Origin: Bacilli bacterium
GTDB lineage: Bacteria; Bacillota_I; Bacilli_A; RF39; UBA660
Direction: 5' to 3'
Length of the DNA stretch: 41,594 nucleotides
Assembly (NCBI GenBank): GCA_017476885.1
Contig: JAFUYX010000087.1
Span: 1 to 41,594, forward strand
Shown here: piece after piece, positions 28,883-38,866 of the stretch
Numbering within the stretch: position 1 is the stretch's first letter
Layout: each line of letters begins with the position of its first letter
Program-made: the position numbers and the translations under genes
Notes under the pieces: generated by a model
What the model was told of the DNA's origin: nothing
The model's input: only the letters and a program-made list of their open reading frames with translations
The model's database searches: none

Positions 28883-30646
28883 TTAATTCATCACTCTTTT
28901 AAACATTCGATCTAAATCATAATTCGAAAACTTCATAATACTAGGACGTCCATGTGCACAATTATAAGGATTATCACACAAAAATAATTCATCAAGTAAT
29001 TCCTTCATTGCTTCCATAGATAAATCTTGATTCGCCTTAATACTCATCTTACAAGCCGTAGTTTGAATAAAATGTTCTTGAAATTTAAGTTGATCAAATC
29101 TAGACTCATCATGAACAATCATATCCATCATCTTGCGAATCGTTTCCTCTTCATATCCAGTAGCAATCCAAGTTGGATGAGCCTTAATAATCACCGTATT
29201 AACACCAAATTCTTCTAATTCAAATCCCAAAGACTCCAAATATCCAAAATGGTCTTTTAAAGTTAAAAATTCACTAGAAGAAAATTCTATCGTAATAGGA
29301 ATAAGCATCCTTGTCTGAAATATTTGTTTTTCAGCAATGGCTTTCTTCACTTTTTCATAATTAATTCTCTCTGCAACCGCATGTTGATCCAATAAATACA
29401 TCCCACTTTCATCTTCTGCAACAATAAAAGTCCGATGAATTTGACATAGAGGAGTCAAATGAAGTCGTTTAATCTCAGGATTTATCTCTACTTCTTCTTC
29501 AAAAGGAAGTTCAACTTTTTCCTCTGCATGAAAATCAAATTCTTCCTGAACACTAGAGAAAGAACTCACGATACTCTCTTCCTCTTCTGCAATCTTATCT
29601 TCTATAATGCTTTGTTTAACATCCGAATTTGAAGAAAGACGAAGACTGGCATCTGGAATCAATAAACTTTGATGTAAAGTATCTTTTAACGTATTAAGAA
29701 TTAAGGCATATAAACGATCCATTTTAGAAAGTTTAATATCTTGCTTAGTAGGATGAATATTCACATCCATTAAAGTTGGATCAGTATTAATCTTCAAAAT
29801 AACGATGGGATATTTGCCATCTGGTTTATAATTATAATAAGCATCTGTAATGGCTCTAGTAATCTCATAGTTTTTAACGATTCGATCATTAACCATCGTA
29901 ATTATTTGATTTTTATTACTCTTTAAAACTTCTGGTTTACAAGCATATCCATAAATATCAAAATCATCACTCGAAGAAGAAAACTCTAACATTTTCGATG
30001 AAACTTGGGTTCCATAGATTTCATGAATAGTTTTTAACAGATTCCCTGAACCACTTGTTTTCACCATTGGATGATTCTCATGATAGAGATGAAAAGAAAT
30101 ATCTGGTTTTGAAAGAGCTAGTCTTTCTACAAAAGAAACACAACTAGAAAGTTCAGATTGCTCAGATTTTAAATACTTAAGCCTTGCAGGAGTATTATAA
30201 AACAAGTGAGTAATAGAAAATCTTGTTCCCTTTAACGCTTCACAGGTTTCTTCGATTTGAAATACTCCACCCTCTACAAGTAAATGAGTACCGACTTCTC
30301 CGTTTCCTGTTTTTAAATCCACTTTGGCAACACTGGCAATCGAAGGAAGTGCCTCGCCACGAAATCCTAATGTATCAATAAAAAACAAATCATCATCTTT
30401 ATAAATCTTACTGGTCGCATGTCTTTGAAAAGCAAGTTTTGCATCCTCCCTGTCCATTCCACTTCCATCATCAATAACTTCTATTTTTTTCTTTCCCCCT
30501 TCTTCTAGAAGAATATCAATATGTTTAGCTCCGGCATCAATACTATTTTCAACCAGTTCTTTTACAATAGAAGAACACTTTTCCACCACTTCTCCAGCCG
30601 CAATTTTATTTGCTAACTGTTCAGACATCACTTTAATTTTACTCAT
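28883..30646 (-). CDS. mutL: DNA mismatch repair endonuclease MutL
   Basis: IAAGEVVE, KELVENSIDAG, GFRGEALPSI, DQHAVAER, ACK, CAHGRP. Confidence 0.97.
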   Translation of the reverse strand: MSKIKVMSEQLANKIAAGEVVEKCSSIVKELVENSIDAGAKHIDILLEEGGKKKIEVIDDGSGMDREDAKLAFQRHATSKIYKDDDLFFIDTLGFRGEALPSIASVAKVDLKTGNGEVGTHLLVEGGVFQIEETCEALKGTRFSITHLFYNTPARLKYLKSEQSELSSCVSFVERLALSKPDISFHLYHENHPMVKTSGSGNLLKTIHEIYGTQVSSKMLEFSSSSDDFDIYGYACKPEVLKSNKNQIITMVNDRIVKNYEITRAITDAYYNYKPDGKYPIVILKINTDPTLMDVNIHPTKQDIKLSKMDRLYALILNTLKDTLHQSLLIPDASLRLSSNSDVKQSIIEDKIAEEEESIVSSFSSVQEEFDFHAEEKVELPFEEEVEINPEIKRLHLTPLCQIHRTFIVAEDESGMYLLDQHAVAERINYEKVKKAIAEKQIFQTRMLIPITIEFSSSEFLTLKDHFGYLESLGFELEEFGVNTVIIKAHPTWIATGYEEETIRKMMDMIVHDESRFDQLKFQEHFIQTTACKMSIKANQDLSMEAMKELLDELFLCDNPYNCAHGRPSIMKFSNYDLDRMFKRVMN

Positions 30647-31620
30647 GATAAACCTCCCATATAAGAAGGAAGAACCTCCACATGTTCCCTCTTTAACCCA
30701 TGCAATACAATAGAAGTCTCACGTTTAAAATAAAATACGCCAACTCCTTTAATGAGTAAATTCGATTTATCAGGAATCTTTAAAGAGAAAAACTCTGGAC
30801 TTTCTATTGCAGGCTGATAACTCTTTTGGATACGATAATTTTGGGAAAGTAAACAAACAATTGACGTATCTTCTAAAACTTCAATTTCAATCAAATCTTC
30901 AATGAGAAGCCTAGTTCCCTTTTTTAAAGGATAATTCAAAGGATGAAGTTCTTTTTTGATTTGACTCTTTTCAAACAATTTCTTATCACTAAGAGGAATA
31001 TCGTAAGGAATACCAGCACTATCATGAATAACTCCTAAAGAGGTCGAAATATCAATAAAATCTAAGGTCGTATTAGGATATTCACTTTCTACAATCGAAG
31101 ACTCTTTTCCTTCCACTTCTCTTAAAAATGCATTTAAAAAAGTAGATTTACCTGCATTCGTCATTCCTAAAAAATAAAAATCATTCCCTGGATAATTCTC
31201 CATTTCTCTTTGAATCTTCTTCAAAGATGAAAGAGAATTCCTTTGCACAAATAAAATCCGTTCCTGAATATGAAATTCTTGAGTAATCCATTTTTCTAAT
31301 TTCGCATAAGTTAGACTCTTAGGAATAATATCACATTTAGAAACCAAAAGTATTTTAGGACTAGGTAAATCCAAAAAATAATCCAAAGACTCTTTACTAA
31401 GTTGTAAAAAATCCACGAAAAAGAAAAAAAGACCTTTCTTTTTTTTAATGGAATCCAATAAACTTTTTTTATCGATTTCTGTACCTTGTTGAAATTCATG
31501 ATAATGTTTCAAGCGAAAACAACGCATGCAATAATCTTTGCTAAAATCAAAAACATATCCAGTTTCTAAAGGATTTTCTATTTGAAGAACACTTCCACAT
31601 CCTATACATCTTTTACTCAT
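30643..31620 (-). CDS. yqeH: YqeH-like circularly permuted GTPase
   Basis: CIGCG...CMRCFRLKHY zinc finger; SKCD, GMTNAGKST, PNTT, DSAG; follows yqeG. Start refined. Confidence 0.85.
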   Translation of the reverse strand: MSKRCIGCGSVLQIENPLETGYVFDFSKDYCMRCFRLKHYHEFQQGTEIDKKSLLDSIKKKKGLFFFFVDFLQLSKESLDYFLDLPSPKILLVSKCDIIPKSLTYAKLEKWITQEFHIQERILFVQRNSLSSLKKIQREMENYPGNDFYFLGMTNAGKSTFLNAFLREVEGKESSIVESEYPNTTLDFIDISTSLGVIHDSAGIPYDIPLSDKKLFEKSQIKKELHPLNYPLKKGTRLLIEDLIEIEVLEDTSIVCLLSQNYRIQKSYQPAIESPEFFSLKIPDKSNLLIKGVGVFYFKRETSIVLHGLKREHVEVLPSYMGGLS

Positions 31621-32137
31621 AATAAACTCCTTTTTCAAATAGTCCCCTTTTCTTCAATCGCTTAAAAATAAATTTTTCTACCAACCGGTTAAAATACGTC
31701 AAAAAGCGTTCTTTTTTTCCAATGGGATTGACTAAAATTGAGACAAACCCCATCTTATTCGCCCCTAAGATATCTGTTAAAAGTTGATCTCCCACACAAG
31801 CAATTTCATTATCTTTCAAATGATACATATCCATAATTTTCTTATATTTTTTCTTAAATGGCTTCATACTATGAAAAGAACTATCTACATTACACTTTTC
31901 TTTAAAAGGAGCTACCCTTGATTTTCCAGAATTGGAAAGAATAATCGCTTTAATTTCCATTTCTTCTAAACGATAAAAAAAATCTAATAAATCACGATCA
32001 GGCACCGTGATATTTAAAGGAGCAAGTGTATTGTCCAAATCAAAACATACACATTTAATTCCGCTTTTCTTTAAATTTTTATAATCAATATCATAAATAC
32101 TTTTTTGATATATATCTGGTCGAAATATTTCAATCAT
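31613..32137 (-). CDS. yqeG: YqeG family HAD IIIA phosphatase
   Basis: FDLDNTL, LSN, KP, VGDQLLTDILGAN; start refined to ATG 32137 (GGAGG RBS). Confidence 0.92.
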   Translation of the reverse strand: MIEIFRPDIYQKSIYDIDYKNLKKSGIKCVCFDLDNTLAPLNITVPDRDLLDFFYRLEEMEIKAIILSNSGKSRVAPFKEKCNVDSSFHSMKPFKKKYKKIMDMYHLKDNEIACVGDQLLTDILGANKMGFVSILVNPIGKKERFLTYFNRLVEKFIFKRLKKRGLFEKGVYYE

Positions 32138-32226
32138 TCTACCCCTCCATAAGAAAAGTATATCATAGATAAAAATAATTGATAACAAAAAGATGATTTC
32201 TTTTTCCAAAATCATCTTAAAAAATA

Positions 32227-32622
32227 TTATTTGTGAAACATATTTCCATGAATATCAATGAAAATAGGCCAATAAGTACAAGGAGCATTTTCACTTCCCA
32301 TGACTCCACCCACAATACTTACAATATCACTATATCCAAGATCCATAGTAATTGTAATATCTGTCCCAAGAGAACTACTTTCTTCAATATTAGCACAACC
32401 TACTTTACCATCTATGAAAATGCCTTCTCTGTTGGTACCACAGAATAGCTTAAAATCTGATTCACAAGTATTGGAGTCTCTTTCTCCATTGCTTTTTAAA
32501 ATAATATCATAAAATGGATTTTTCAGCATTGGATTTAAAAATCGCATCATACTATAATAATATTCATCAAATGTTTCACGTCCTTTTTTCAAATTTTCAG
32601 CAAAATAATATAAACATCCCAA
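32227..32622 (-). CDS. Hypothetical protein, start uncertain
   Basis: 131-aa ORF with TTG start far from the AGGAGTGA RBS. Confidence 0.45.
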   Translation of the reverse strand: MGCLYYFAENLKKGRETFDEYYYSMMRFLNPMLKNPFYDIILKSNGERDSNTCESDFKLFCGTNREGIFIDGKVGCANIEESSSLGTDITITMDLGYSDIVSIVGGVMGSENAPCTYWPIFIDIHGNMFHK

Positions 32623-32700
32623 TTTTTTCCGCTTTTTATCACTCCTATAACAAATCTAACAATACACTTTTTAAAACATCATTATTAAACCAATAGTTTA

Positions 32701-32728
32701 CATATTCACTTTGCAAAAAACATAGATT
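32701..32728 (+). promoter_or_regulatory. SigE-type promoter of sigK
   Basis: CATATT, 14 nt, CATAGATT; resembles the SigE consensus. Confidence 0.6.
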
Positions 32729-32746
32729 TTTATTAGGAGTGATCTT

Positions 32747-33436
32747 ATGTTTTTATTATCTTTATTACAAAACTATTTCTTTCTAACAGGAAGTTATTCT
32801 AATACCGTTTTTCCAGAACCACTAAGTCCTCAAGAAGAGGCTCTAGCACTGCATAAAATGAAACTAGGAGACAAAAATGCTAGAAATAAACTCATAGAGC
32901 ACAATTTAAGACTAGTAGCCCACATTGTAAAAAAATTTGAAGGACACACAAGTGATACAGATGACTTAATTAGTATCGGAACCATTGGACTTATCAAAGG
33001 TGTCGACTCCTATAATCATGATAAAAACATTAAACTAACCACCTACATTGCCAAATGTATTCAAAATGAAATTCTCATGTACTTTCGAAGCATAAAAGGA
33101 GAAAACATCAAAAGCATCAGTTTAAACGATTCCATTGGTCATGACAAAGATGGCAATGAAATCAGCTTAATCGAAGTCATTAAAGACAATAGTGAAGATT
33201 TTCAAAACATTTTACAAAGGAAAGAAAATCTAGAACAAGTCAGTAAATACATGAATACCTTGTCTTATCGAGAAAAAGAAATCTTATGCAAAAGATATGG
33301 CCTATTAAATCAAAAAGAACAAACCCAAAAAGAAATTGCTAAAGAAATGCACATCTCTAGATCCTACGTTTCAAGAATCGAAAAAAGAGCATTAACCAAA
33401 ATCTTAAAAGAATTCATGAAAAACAAAAAAGCTTAA
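32747..33436 (+). CDS. sigK: Sporulation sigma factor pro-SigK (uninterrupted)
   Basis: Hydrophobic pro-sequence, FPEPL, LIEHNLRLVAHIVKKF, ISRSYVSRIEKRAL. Confidence 0.93.
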   Translation: MFLLSLLQNYFFLTGSYSNTVFPEPLSPQEEALALHKMKLGDKNARNKLIEHNLRLVAHIVKKFEGHTSDTDDLISIGTIGLIKGVDSYNHDKNIKLTTYIAKCIQNEILMYFRSIKGENIKSISLNDSIGHDKDGNEISLIEVIKDNSEDFQNILQRKENLEQVSKYMNTLSYREKEILCKRYGLLNQKEQTQKEIAKEMHISRSYVSRIEKRALTKILKEFMKNKKA

Positions 33437-34236
33437 TAAAGCTTTCTTTTTAACATAGGTCCTTTATCATTTTCTGATTCATAGTAATATCCATCAAAAA
33501 TTTCTTGTCCTCCGACTAAACTTTTTAAAGGCATTCCAGAAGTAAGGGCGTTTTTATAGATATTACAATTTCTTACGTAAAGTTCTTCATGATAATTTCC
33601 CATAATAATCCCCAGTGATTTTTTAGAATCATCCATTTTACTATTTACAATAGAGCAATTCTTAACAATGACTGGACTACAAACATTCATGACTCTAGAG
33701 TCTTTTTTTGTTCCATGATTTCCTAAAATAAAACCTGCCGAAGCCTCTTTAGAATGAACTAAATAAATCTGATTCAAAAAAAGATTTTTAACTCTTAAAG
33801 AAGAAGAACTCCTTAAAAATCCAATTAATCCATTATTCTCTTCTCCATAAATCGTCATATTTCTTAACATATGATGATTTCCAAGAAGAATCAAAGATCC
33901 ATCAAAACTCATAAGTTCAATACTATTCATAGAATAACCCTCAATATCAGTTAAAAATTCAACCACACAAGTCCCATTCTTAACGCCACGAATCTTCTCC
34001 AAATCTTCTGCTTTTTTCACTTTAATGCACTGTCTATAAGGAAACATGGTAGTATTCAAAAAACTTCCCTCAAAAGAAGAATCTTGGGGATAAAAAATAC
34101 TATGCCCTTGCCCATTGATAACAACAGCCGAATTTAAACGTAGATTTCTTTTTTCATGAAAAACAATATCATTCTCTAAATAAATTACATTTTTTTGACA
34201 CCAATCAATACCCTTCAAAACACTCCAAAAATCCAT
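33433..34236 (-). CDS. Hypothetical beta-helix-like protein, possibly 5'-inactivated
   Basis: INGQGHSI, LGNHHMLRNMTI...GLIG...VKNL beta-solenoid-like motifs; upstream in-frame ATG at 34272 is separated by two TAA codons. Confidence 0.55.
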   Translation of the reverse strand: MDFWSVLKGIDWCQKNVIYLENDIVFHEKRNLRLNSAVVINGQGHSIFYPQDSSFEGSFLNTTMFPYRQCIKVKKAEDLEKIRGVKNGTCVVEFLTDIEGYSMNSIELMSFDGSLILLGNHHMLRNMTIYGEENNGLIGFLRSSSSLRVKNLFLNQIYLVHSKEASAGFILGNHGTKKDSRVMNVCSPVIVKNCSIVNSKMDDSKKSLGIIMGNYHEELYVRNCNIYKNALTSGMPLKSLVGGQEIFDGYYYESENDKGPMLKRKLY

Positions 34237-34320
34237 TTAATTTTATACTTTATAAACAAACTTACGATGCATTTTATTCACCACCTGTTTACCTACTATA
34301 CCACAAAAATAAAAAAGAAC

Positions 34321-34746
34321 CTATAGGTTCTCATCAATTTCATCAATATTTTCAAGTTCTGCCTCAATAATACTACGAAATTTTCTTTTAAATATAACAA
34401 TTCTCTTTCTAAGATTTTCTCCATCCGCTTCTAACTTTTCAGCTCTCATCAACGCATCATTTACAATTCTAGAAGCATTTCTTTTCGCATCATCAATAAT
34501 TGTTTTGGATTCATCTCTAGCCATTCTTTTAATTTGATTTGAAGCATCTTCAGCTACCAATAATGCTTTATTTAAGGTGTTCTCCATATTTTGGTACTGC
34601 AATAGTTTTTCTTTTAAAGCATGAATTTCTTGATCTCTGCTTTTTAAGTTATTTAGCATCGATTCATATTCTTTAGCCACATCAGAAACAAACGAATTTA
34701 CTTCGGATTTATTGTAACCACTAAAACTTGTACTAAACTTTTTCAC
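34321..34746 (-). CDS. divIVA: DivIVA domain protein
   Basis: FSTSFSGYNKSEVNSFV N-terminus and coiled coil; follows sepF. Confidence 0.88.
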   Translation of the reverse strand: MKKFSTSFSGYNKSEVNSFVSDVAKEYESMLNNLKSRDQEIHALKEKLLQYQNMENTLNKALLVAEDASNQIKRMARDESKTIIDDAKRNASRIVNDALMRAEKLEADGENLRKRIVIFKRKFRSIIEAELENIDEIDENL

Positions 34747-34782
34747 GCTTCACCTTCTCACACCTTATATTTTTATAACAAA

Positions 34783-35184
34783 CTATACCTCTAAATCTTC
34801 ACTTTTCTCTTTAATTTCACTATCATCACTAATCTTACCCTGAATATTCACGTTCTTTGGAGTGCAAAGATAAATCCCAACTCCTAGATTTTGCATGTTA
34901 CCTCCAATAGAGTATACACATCCAGATAAAAAATCAATAATCCTTTTTGCTTGAGCAGAAGTCACTCTTTTAAGATTCACTACAACGCTATTTCGATTTT
35001 TTAAATGGTCAGCAATTTGTTGAGATTCAGAATACGCTCTTGGTTCCATTAAAATCATCTTATTACCAGTTTTATCTGCTTCTTTTAAAGCTTCTTGTTC
35101 ACTAATATTGTAATACTCATCTTCACTCATCGTATTGCGATCATCATCATCAGAAAAAAACTTTTTAAATTTATTTAGTGCCAT
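34783..35184 (-). CDS. sepF: Cell division protein SepF
   Basis: EPRAYSESQQIADHLK...VVVNL...AKRIIDFLSG...IYLCTP. Confidence 0.95.
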   Translation of the reverse strand: MALNKFKKFFSDDDDRNTMSEDEYYNISEQEALKEADKTGNKMILMEPRAYSESQQIADHLKNRNSVVVNLKRVTSAQAKRIIDFLSGCVYSIGGNMQNLGVGIYLCTPKNVNIQGKISDDSEIKEKSEDLEV

Positions 35185-35242
35185 ATTACTATCTCCTTAC
35201 TATCTAACATCAATTTTATCAAAAAGAGAATTCATTTTCAAG

Positions 35243-35815
35243 TCACTCTTCACTTTTTTTAGAAATTCCTCTGTAATAATGCTTTCGACATAAAGAAATA
35301 TAAGATTCGTTCCCTCCCATCATCACCTGTTCCCCTTGAGTAGTAATTTTTCCATCCACAACACGCGCATTCACCTGAGCCTTTTTTCCACAGAAACAAA
35401 TCGTTGGAATCTCTTCTATGACATCAGCTAATTCAAATAATCGTTTACTCGCAGGAAATAACTTTGTTTGAAAATCCGTCCGAAGACCATAACAGAGCAC
35501 TGGAATTTCAAAGATATCTACTATATATGCAAACTTTTCCACTTCCTCTTTACTCATGAATTGAGCCTCATCAATTAAAATAGCATCTAACTCATAAGGA
35601 GAAGAGAAAAATCTCTTCAAAAAAACACTGACATATTCACATTCTGCTTCTAACCCAATTCGAGATTTTATCTTCATCTTCCCATCGCGATTTTCAATAT
35701 CGGGTTTTAACAAGGCTACTTTTTTTCCTTTTTCTAAATAATTATAACGAACCATTAAGATATTGGCTGTTTTACTAGACCCCATAGCCCCATACCGAAA
35801 ATATAACTTAGCCAT
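35243..35815 (-). CDS. tdk: Thymidine kinase
   Basis: LYFRYGAMGSSKT, SRIG, IDEAQF, YGLRTDF, C-terminal Cys motifs. Confidence 0.96.
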   Translation of the reverse strand: MAKLYFRYGAMGSSKTANILMVRYNYLEKGKKVALLKPDIENRDGKMKIKSRIGLEAECEYVSVFLKRFFSSPYELDAILIDEAQFMSKEEVEKFAYIVDIFEIPVLCYGLRTDFQTKLFPASKRLFELADVIEEIPTICFCGKKAQVNARVVDGKITTQGEQVMMGGNESYISLCRKHYYRGISKKSEE

Positions 35816-35816
35816 C

Positions 35817-37196
35817 TTAAAACTTCACTTTCTCACTTAAAAATTTCTTAAATTCTTCAAGACTCATCGTTTCCTGTTTCATCGTATCTCGATCTCTTAC
35901 TGTTACAGTTCCTTTATTTAAAGTATCATCATCAATCGTAATAGCATAAGGAGTACCAATCGCATCACTTCGACGATATCTTTTACCAATACTTCCAGAT
36001 TCATCATAACTACACATGAAATCTTTAGCAAGGTCTCCATAAATTTCCATCGCCTTTTGACTATGAAGTTTCTTCACTAAAGGTAAAATAGTAACTTTAT
36101 AAGGAGCAAGACTAGGTCTTAACTTTAAAACAAGTCTGGTTTCATTTTCTAAAACCTCTTCTTGATACGCATCACACAAAACAGCAAGAACAAGGCGATC
36201 TAAACCAACAGAAGGTTCAATCACATAAGGCAAGTATTTCTCATTTGTTTCAGGATCTAAATATCTTAAATCAACTTTAGAATGTTCCATATGAACCCCT
36301 AAATCATAGTCAGTTCGATCTGCAATTCCCCAAAGTTCACCCCAACCCATTGGGTATAAATATTCAATATCTGTGGTAGCCTTACTATAGAAAGATAACT
36401 CTTCTTTCTTATGATCACGATATCTTAGATTTTCTTCTTTTAACCCTAATTCATTTAAAAATTCAATACAAGAATTTTTCCAAAAACCAAACCATTCCAA
36501 ATCCGTTCCGGGTTTACAAAAAAATTCTAATTCCATTTGTTCAAACTCTCTAGTTCTAAAAGTAAAGTTTCCAGGAGTAATCTCATTTCGAAAACTCTTA
36601 CCTGTTTGACCAACTCCAAATGGAACTTTAGCTCTCATGGTACGTTGAACATTTAAGAAGTTCGTAAAAATTCCTTGAGCAGTTTCCCCTCTTAAATAAA
36701 CCTTACTTTTACTATCTTCCGTAACTCCTTGATGAGTCTCAAACAATAAATTAAACTTTCTAATAGGAGTAAACTCAGTAGCGCCACACTTAGGACAAGG
36801 AACTTTCTTCTCACTTAAAAACTTCTCTAGTTCTTCATTACTCCATCCATCTCCAGTTTCTTTTCCATCAGTAAAATCTTCAATTAACTTATCGGCTCTA
36901 TGACGAGACTTACACTTCTTACAATCTACTAGAGGATCTGCAAAAGAAGCCACATGTCCAGAAGCTACCCATACCTCAGGATTCATAAGAATAGCCGCAT
37001 CAAGGCCATAATTATAAGGATTTTCTTGAATAAAGAACTTCCACCATGCCTTCCTTACATTATTCTTTAACTCTACTCCAAGGCTTCCGTAATCCCAAGT
37101 ATTGGATAAACCTCCATAAATCTCTGAACCTTGGAAAATATATCCGTACTGCTTACAATAATTCACAAGTTCTTCCATTGTTAATTTCTTTTTCAT
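35817..37196 (-). CDS. glyQS: Glycine--tRNA ligase, homodimeric type
   Basis: SEIYGG, LRGETAQG, GKSFRNEITPGNF, REFEQMELE, IEPSVG, SIGKRYRR. Confidence 0.96.
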   Translation of the reverse strand: MKKKLTMEELVNYCKQYGYIFQGSEIYGGLSNTWDYGSLGVELKNNVRKAWWKFFIQENPYNYGLDAAILMNPEVWVASGHVASFADPLVDCKKCKSRHRADKLIEDFTDGKETGDGWSNEELEKFLSEKKVPCPKCGATEFTPIRKFNLLFETHQGVTEDSKSKVYLRGETAQGIFTNFLNVQRTMRAKVPFGVGQTGKSFRNEITPGNFTFRTREFEQMELEFFCKPGTDLEWFGFWKNSCIEFLNELGLKEENLRYRDHKKEELSFYSKATTDIEYLYPMGWGELWGIADRTDYDLGVHMEHSKVDLRYLDPETNEKYLPYVIEPSVGLDRLVLAVLCDAYQEEVLENETRLVLKLRPSLAPYKVTILPLVKKLHSQKAMEIYGDLAKDFMCSYDESGSIGKRYRRSDAIGTPYAITIDDDTLNKGTVTVRDRDTMKQETMSLEEFKKFLSEKVKF

Positions 37197-37214
37197 TTTT
37201 CTTCCTTCTTTCTA

Positions 37215-37335
37215 ATAAAAAAACTTCTAGAAATCATAAAGGGACGAGCTTATACCCGTGGTTCCACCCTTCTTATTCCTAGAAGAATCACTTTTTTCTA
37301 TATAGCTCCGAGTTTTCCACGCTCATCCTCGCTTG
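37215..37335 (-). promoter_or_regulatory. T-box riboswitch (Gly), very short stem I
   Basis: T-box AAGGGTGGAACCACG (37271-37257), terminator-like region with T run, candidate GGA specifier 37307-37305; promoter TTGCTA-17-TAAGAT. Confidence 0.8.
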
Positions 37336-37375
37336 TATAACAATATCTTATCCTAAAAACAGCAAAATAGCAATC

Positions 37376-38824
37376 CTAAATCATTCTTTTGGTTTTCTTT
37401 ATAATCATATAGATAACAATAAAAATAAATAACACCACAGATACGCCAATAATTATATATTTTATTACTTCTTTATTCTTTTCTTGAATAGAGTTTTCTT
37501 CTTCTTGAACTTCTTGGTTCCTCTCTTGAACCTGTATTTCTTCTCCATTCACATAAAGTTTATAACCATTTAAATCAATATTAGAATTTTGATTATCTTC
37601 ATTTTCTAAAGAAGTAATATAACTATCTCCAGCTAAAACAATGCTAGAATCTTTAGACAAAGAGAGCTTGATTTCTTTCGCATCTTGGTTTTGATTAATG
37701 ACCCCAGAATAACGACTTCCTTCTACTAAGCTCATCTCTAACGTAGAAATTGCATCGACAATAATATTTCCTTCAATACTTTGTTTCTTTAACTTCAAAG
37801 TAACTTCTCCACCATTACTTCCACTTTTTCCCCATTTAGCAGCTTCAATCCTTAAGAAATCTCCATCTGCATTCACTAGGGTATTGTTTTCTAAAGTAAT
37901 ATCTGCTGTAGTATTCGTCACATAAATACTATCTCCTTGATAAGTCATAATATTGTTGTTCTTCGCCTCAAAAGTAGAAACTCCCTCATCAGCATCCCCA
38001 CTCATCGATTGATATAAGAAAATATTTTTATAGGTTGTACTATTTCCATTTAAGGTTGTATTATGATCTTCTAAGGTACAGTTTTCTAGGGTAACTTGAT
38101 TCTTACCTTCCACTACTACGCCTTCACTTTTATTAGAAACCATCGTCGCGTTTTTTACTTCGATATTAGCAGTTGAATAAATCACTGGTGAACCTTGGCC
38201 ATTCGTTGTATACTTTCCACCATCGACTTTCATCGTTCCCCCACCTCGGTCACTTCTTATCGCAGCAGAGGAATTTCCATCCGTTTCAATCGTAAGTTCA
38301 GTCGCGTTAATCACGCCTCCTCCAGTAACCATAATTCCACCAGAGTTATTTTTACTCGTTTTAATCGTACTCTTACTAATATTAATGACTCCAGTATCAT
38401 AAGCAAATACAGCATTCGCGTGAACCCCATTTGTGGAAATCGTAGCATCTTTTATCGTTACTAAAGCTTTATTATAAGAAAAAATACCTGCATTTGTACC
38501 ATAAAAATCAGAGGCTTCTCCATCACTATCACCAGATTTTTCAAACTTACAAGAATTCAGACTAACCGTGGCGTTATCAATCAGTAAAGCATTCTGACCT
38601 GAAATACTACTAGAATAAGTCTTCTCTTCAAAAGACCCATCTTCAACCATTTCAACATTTCCAACATGATTGATAGAACTTGCATTAAAGTTCCCTCCAG
38701 GAGGTTTATCAGGTACCGAATAACTACCAGGTAAACTAGAAAGAACAGCAATAATCAACCCTAGTAATAAAAAAATAACAATTCCTTTCTTTCTCATAAC
38801 AGACCTTCTTTCTTCTAATCTCAT
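37376..38824 (-). CDS. Membrane-anchored surface protein with beta-helix repeats
   Basis: Signal peptide, repeats such as ISTNGVHANAVFA / IETDGNSSAAIRSDRGGG, C-terminal TM helix plus basic tail. Confidence 0.8.
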   Translation of the reverse strand: MRLEERRSVMRKKGIVIFLLLGLIIAVLSSLPGSYSVPDKPPGGNFNASSINHVGNVEMVEDGSFEEKTYSSSISGQNALLIDNATVSLNSCKFEKSGDSDGEASDFYGTNAGIFSYNKALVTIKDATISTNGVHANAVFAYDTGVINISKSTIKTSKNNSGGIMVTGGGVINATELTIETDGNSSAAIRSDRGGGTMKVDGGKYTTNGQGSPVIYSTANIEVKNATMVSNKSEGVVVEGKNQVTLENCTLEDHNTTLNGNSTTYKNIFLYQSMSGDADEGVSTFEAKNNNIMTYQGDSIYVTNTTADITLENNTLVNADGDFLRIEAAKWGKSGSNGGEVTLKLKKQSIEGNIIVDAISTLEMSLVEGSRYSGVINQNQDAKEIKLSLSKDSSIVLAGDSYITSLENEDNQNSNIDLNGYKLYVNGEEIQVQERNQEVQEEENSIQEKNKEVIKYIIIGVSVVLFIFIVIYMIIKKTKRMI

Positions 38825-38866
38825 TATATCGAATTTTATTTATTTATGCTATAACAATTTTTAAAA

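Noticed and set aside
32747-33436. skin-type element interrupting sigK
   Set aside because: sigK is continuous and full length with no recombinase nearby.
34234-34272. Stop-codon reassignment to explain the in-frame TAA codons
   Set aside because: TAA, TAG and TGA all end conserved genes at expected positions in this window.
1706-38464. Many short ORFs overlapping recognised genes (e.g. 1706..1954, 3460..3741, 18310..18606, 24156..24461, 38195..38464)
   Set aside because: Antisense or off-frame shadows with no recognisable motif.
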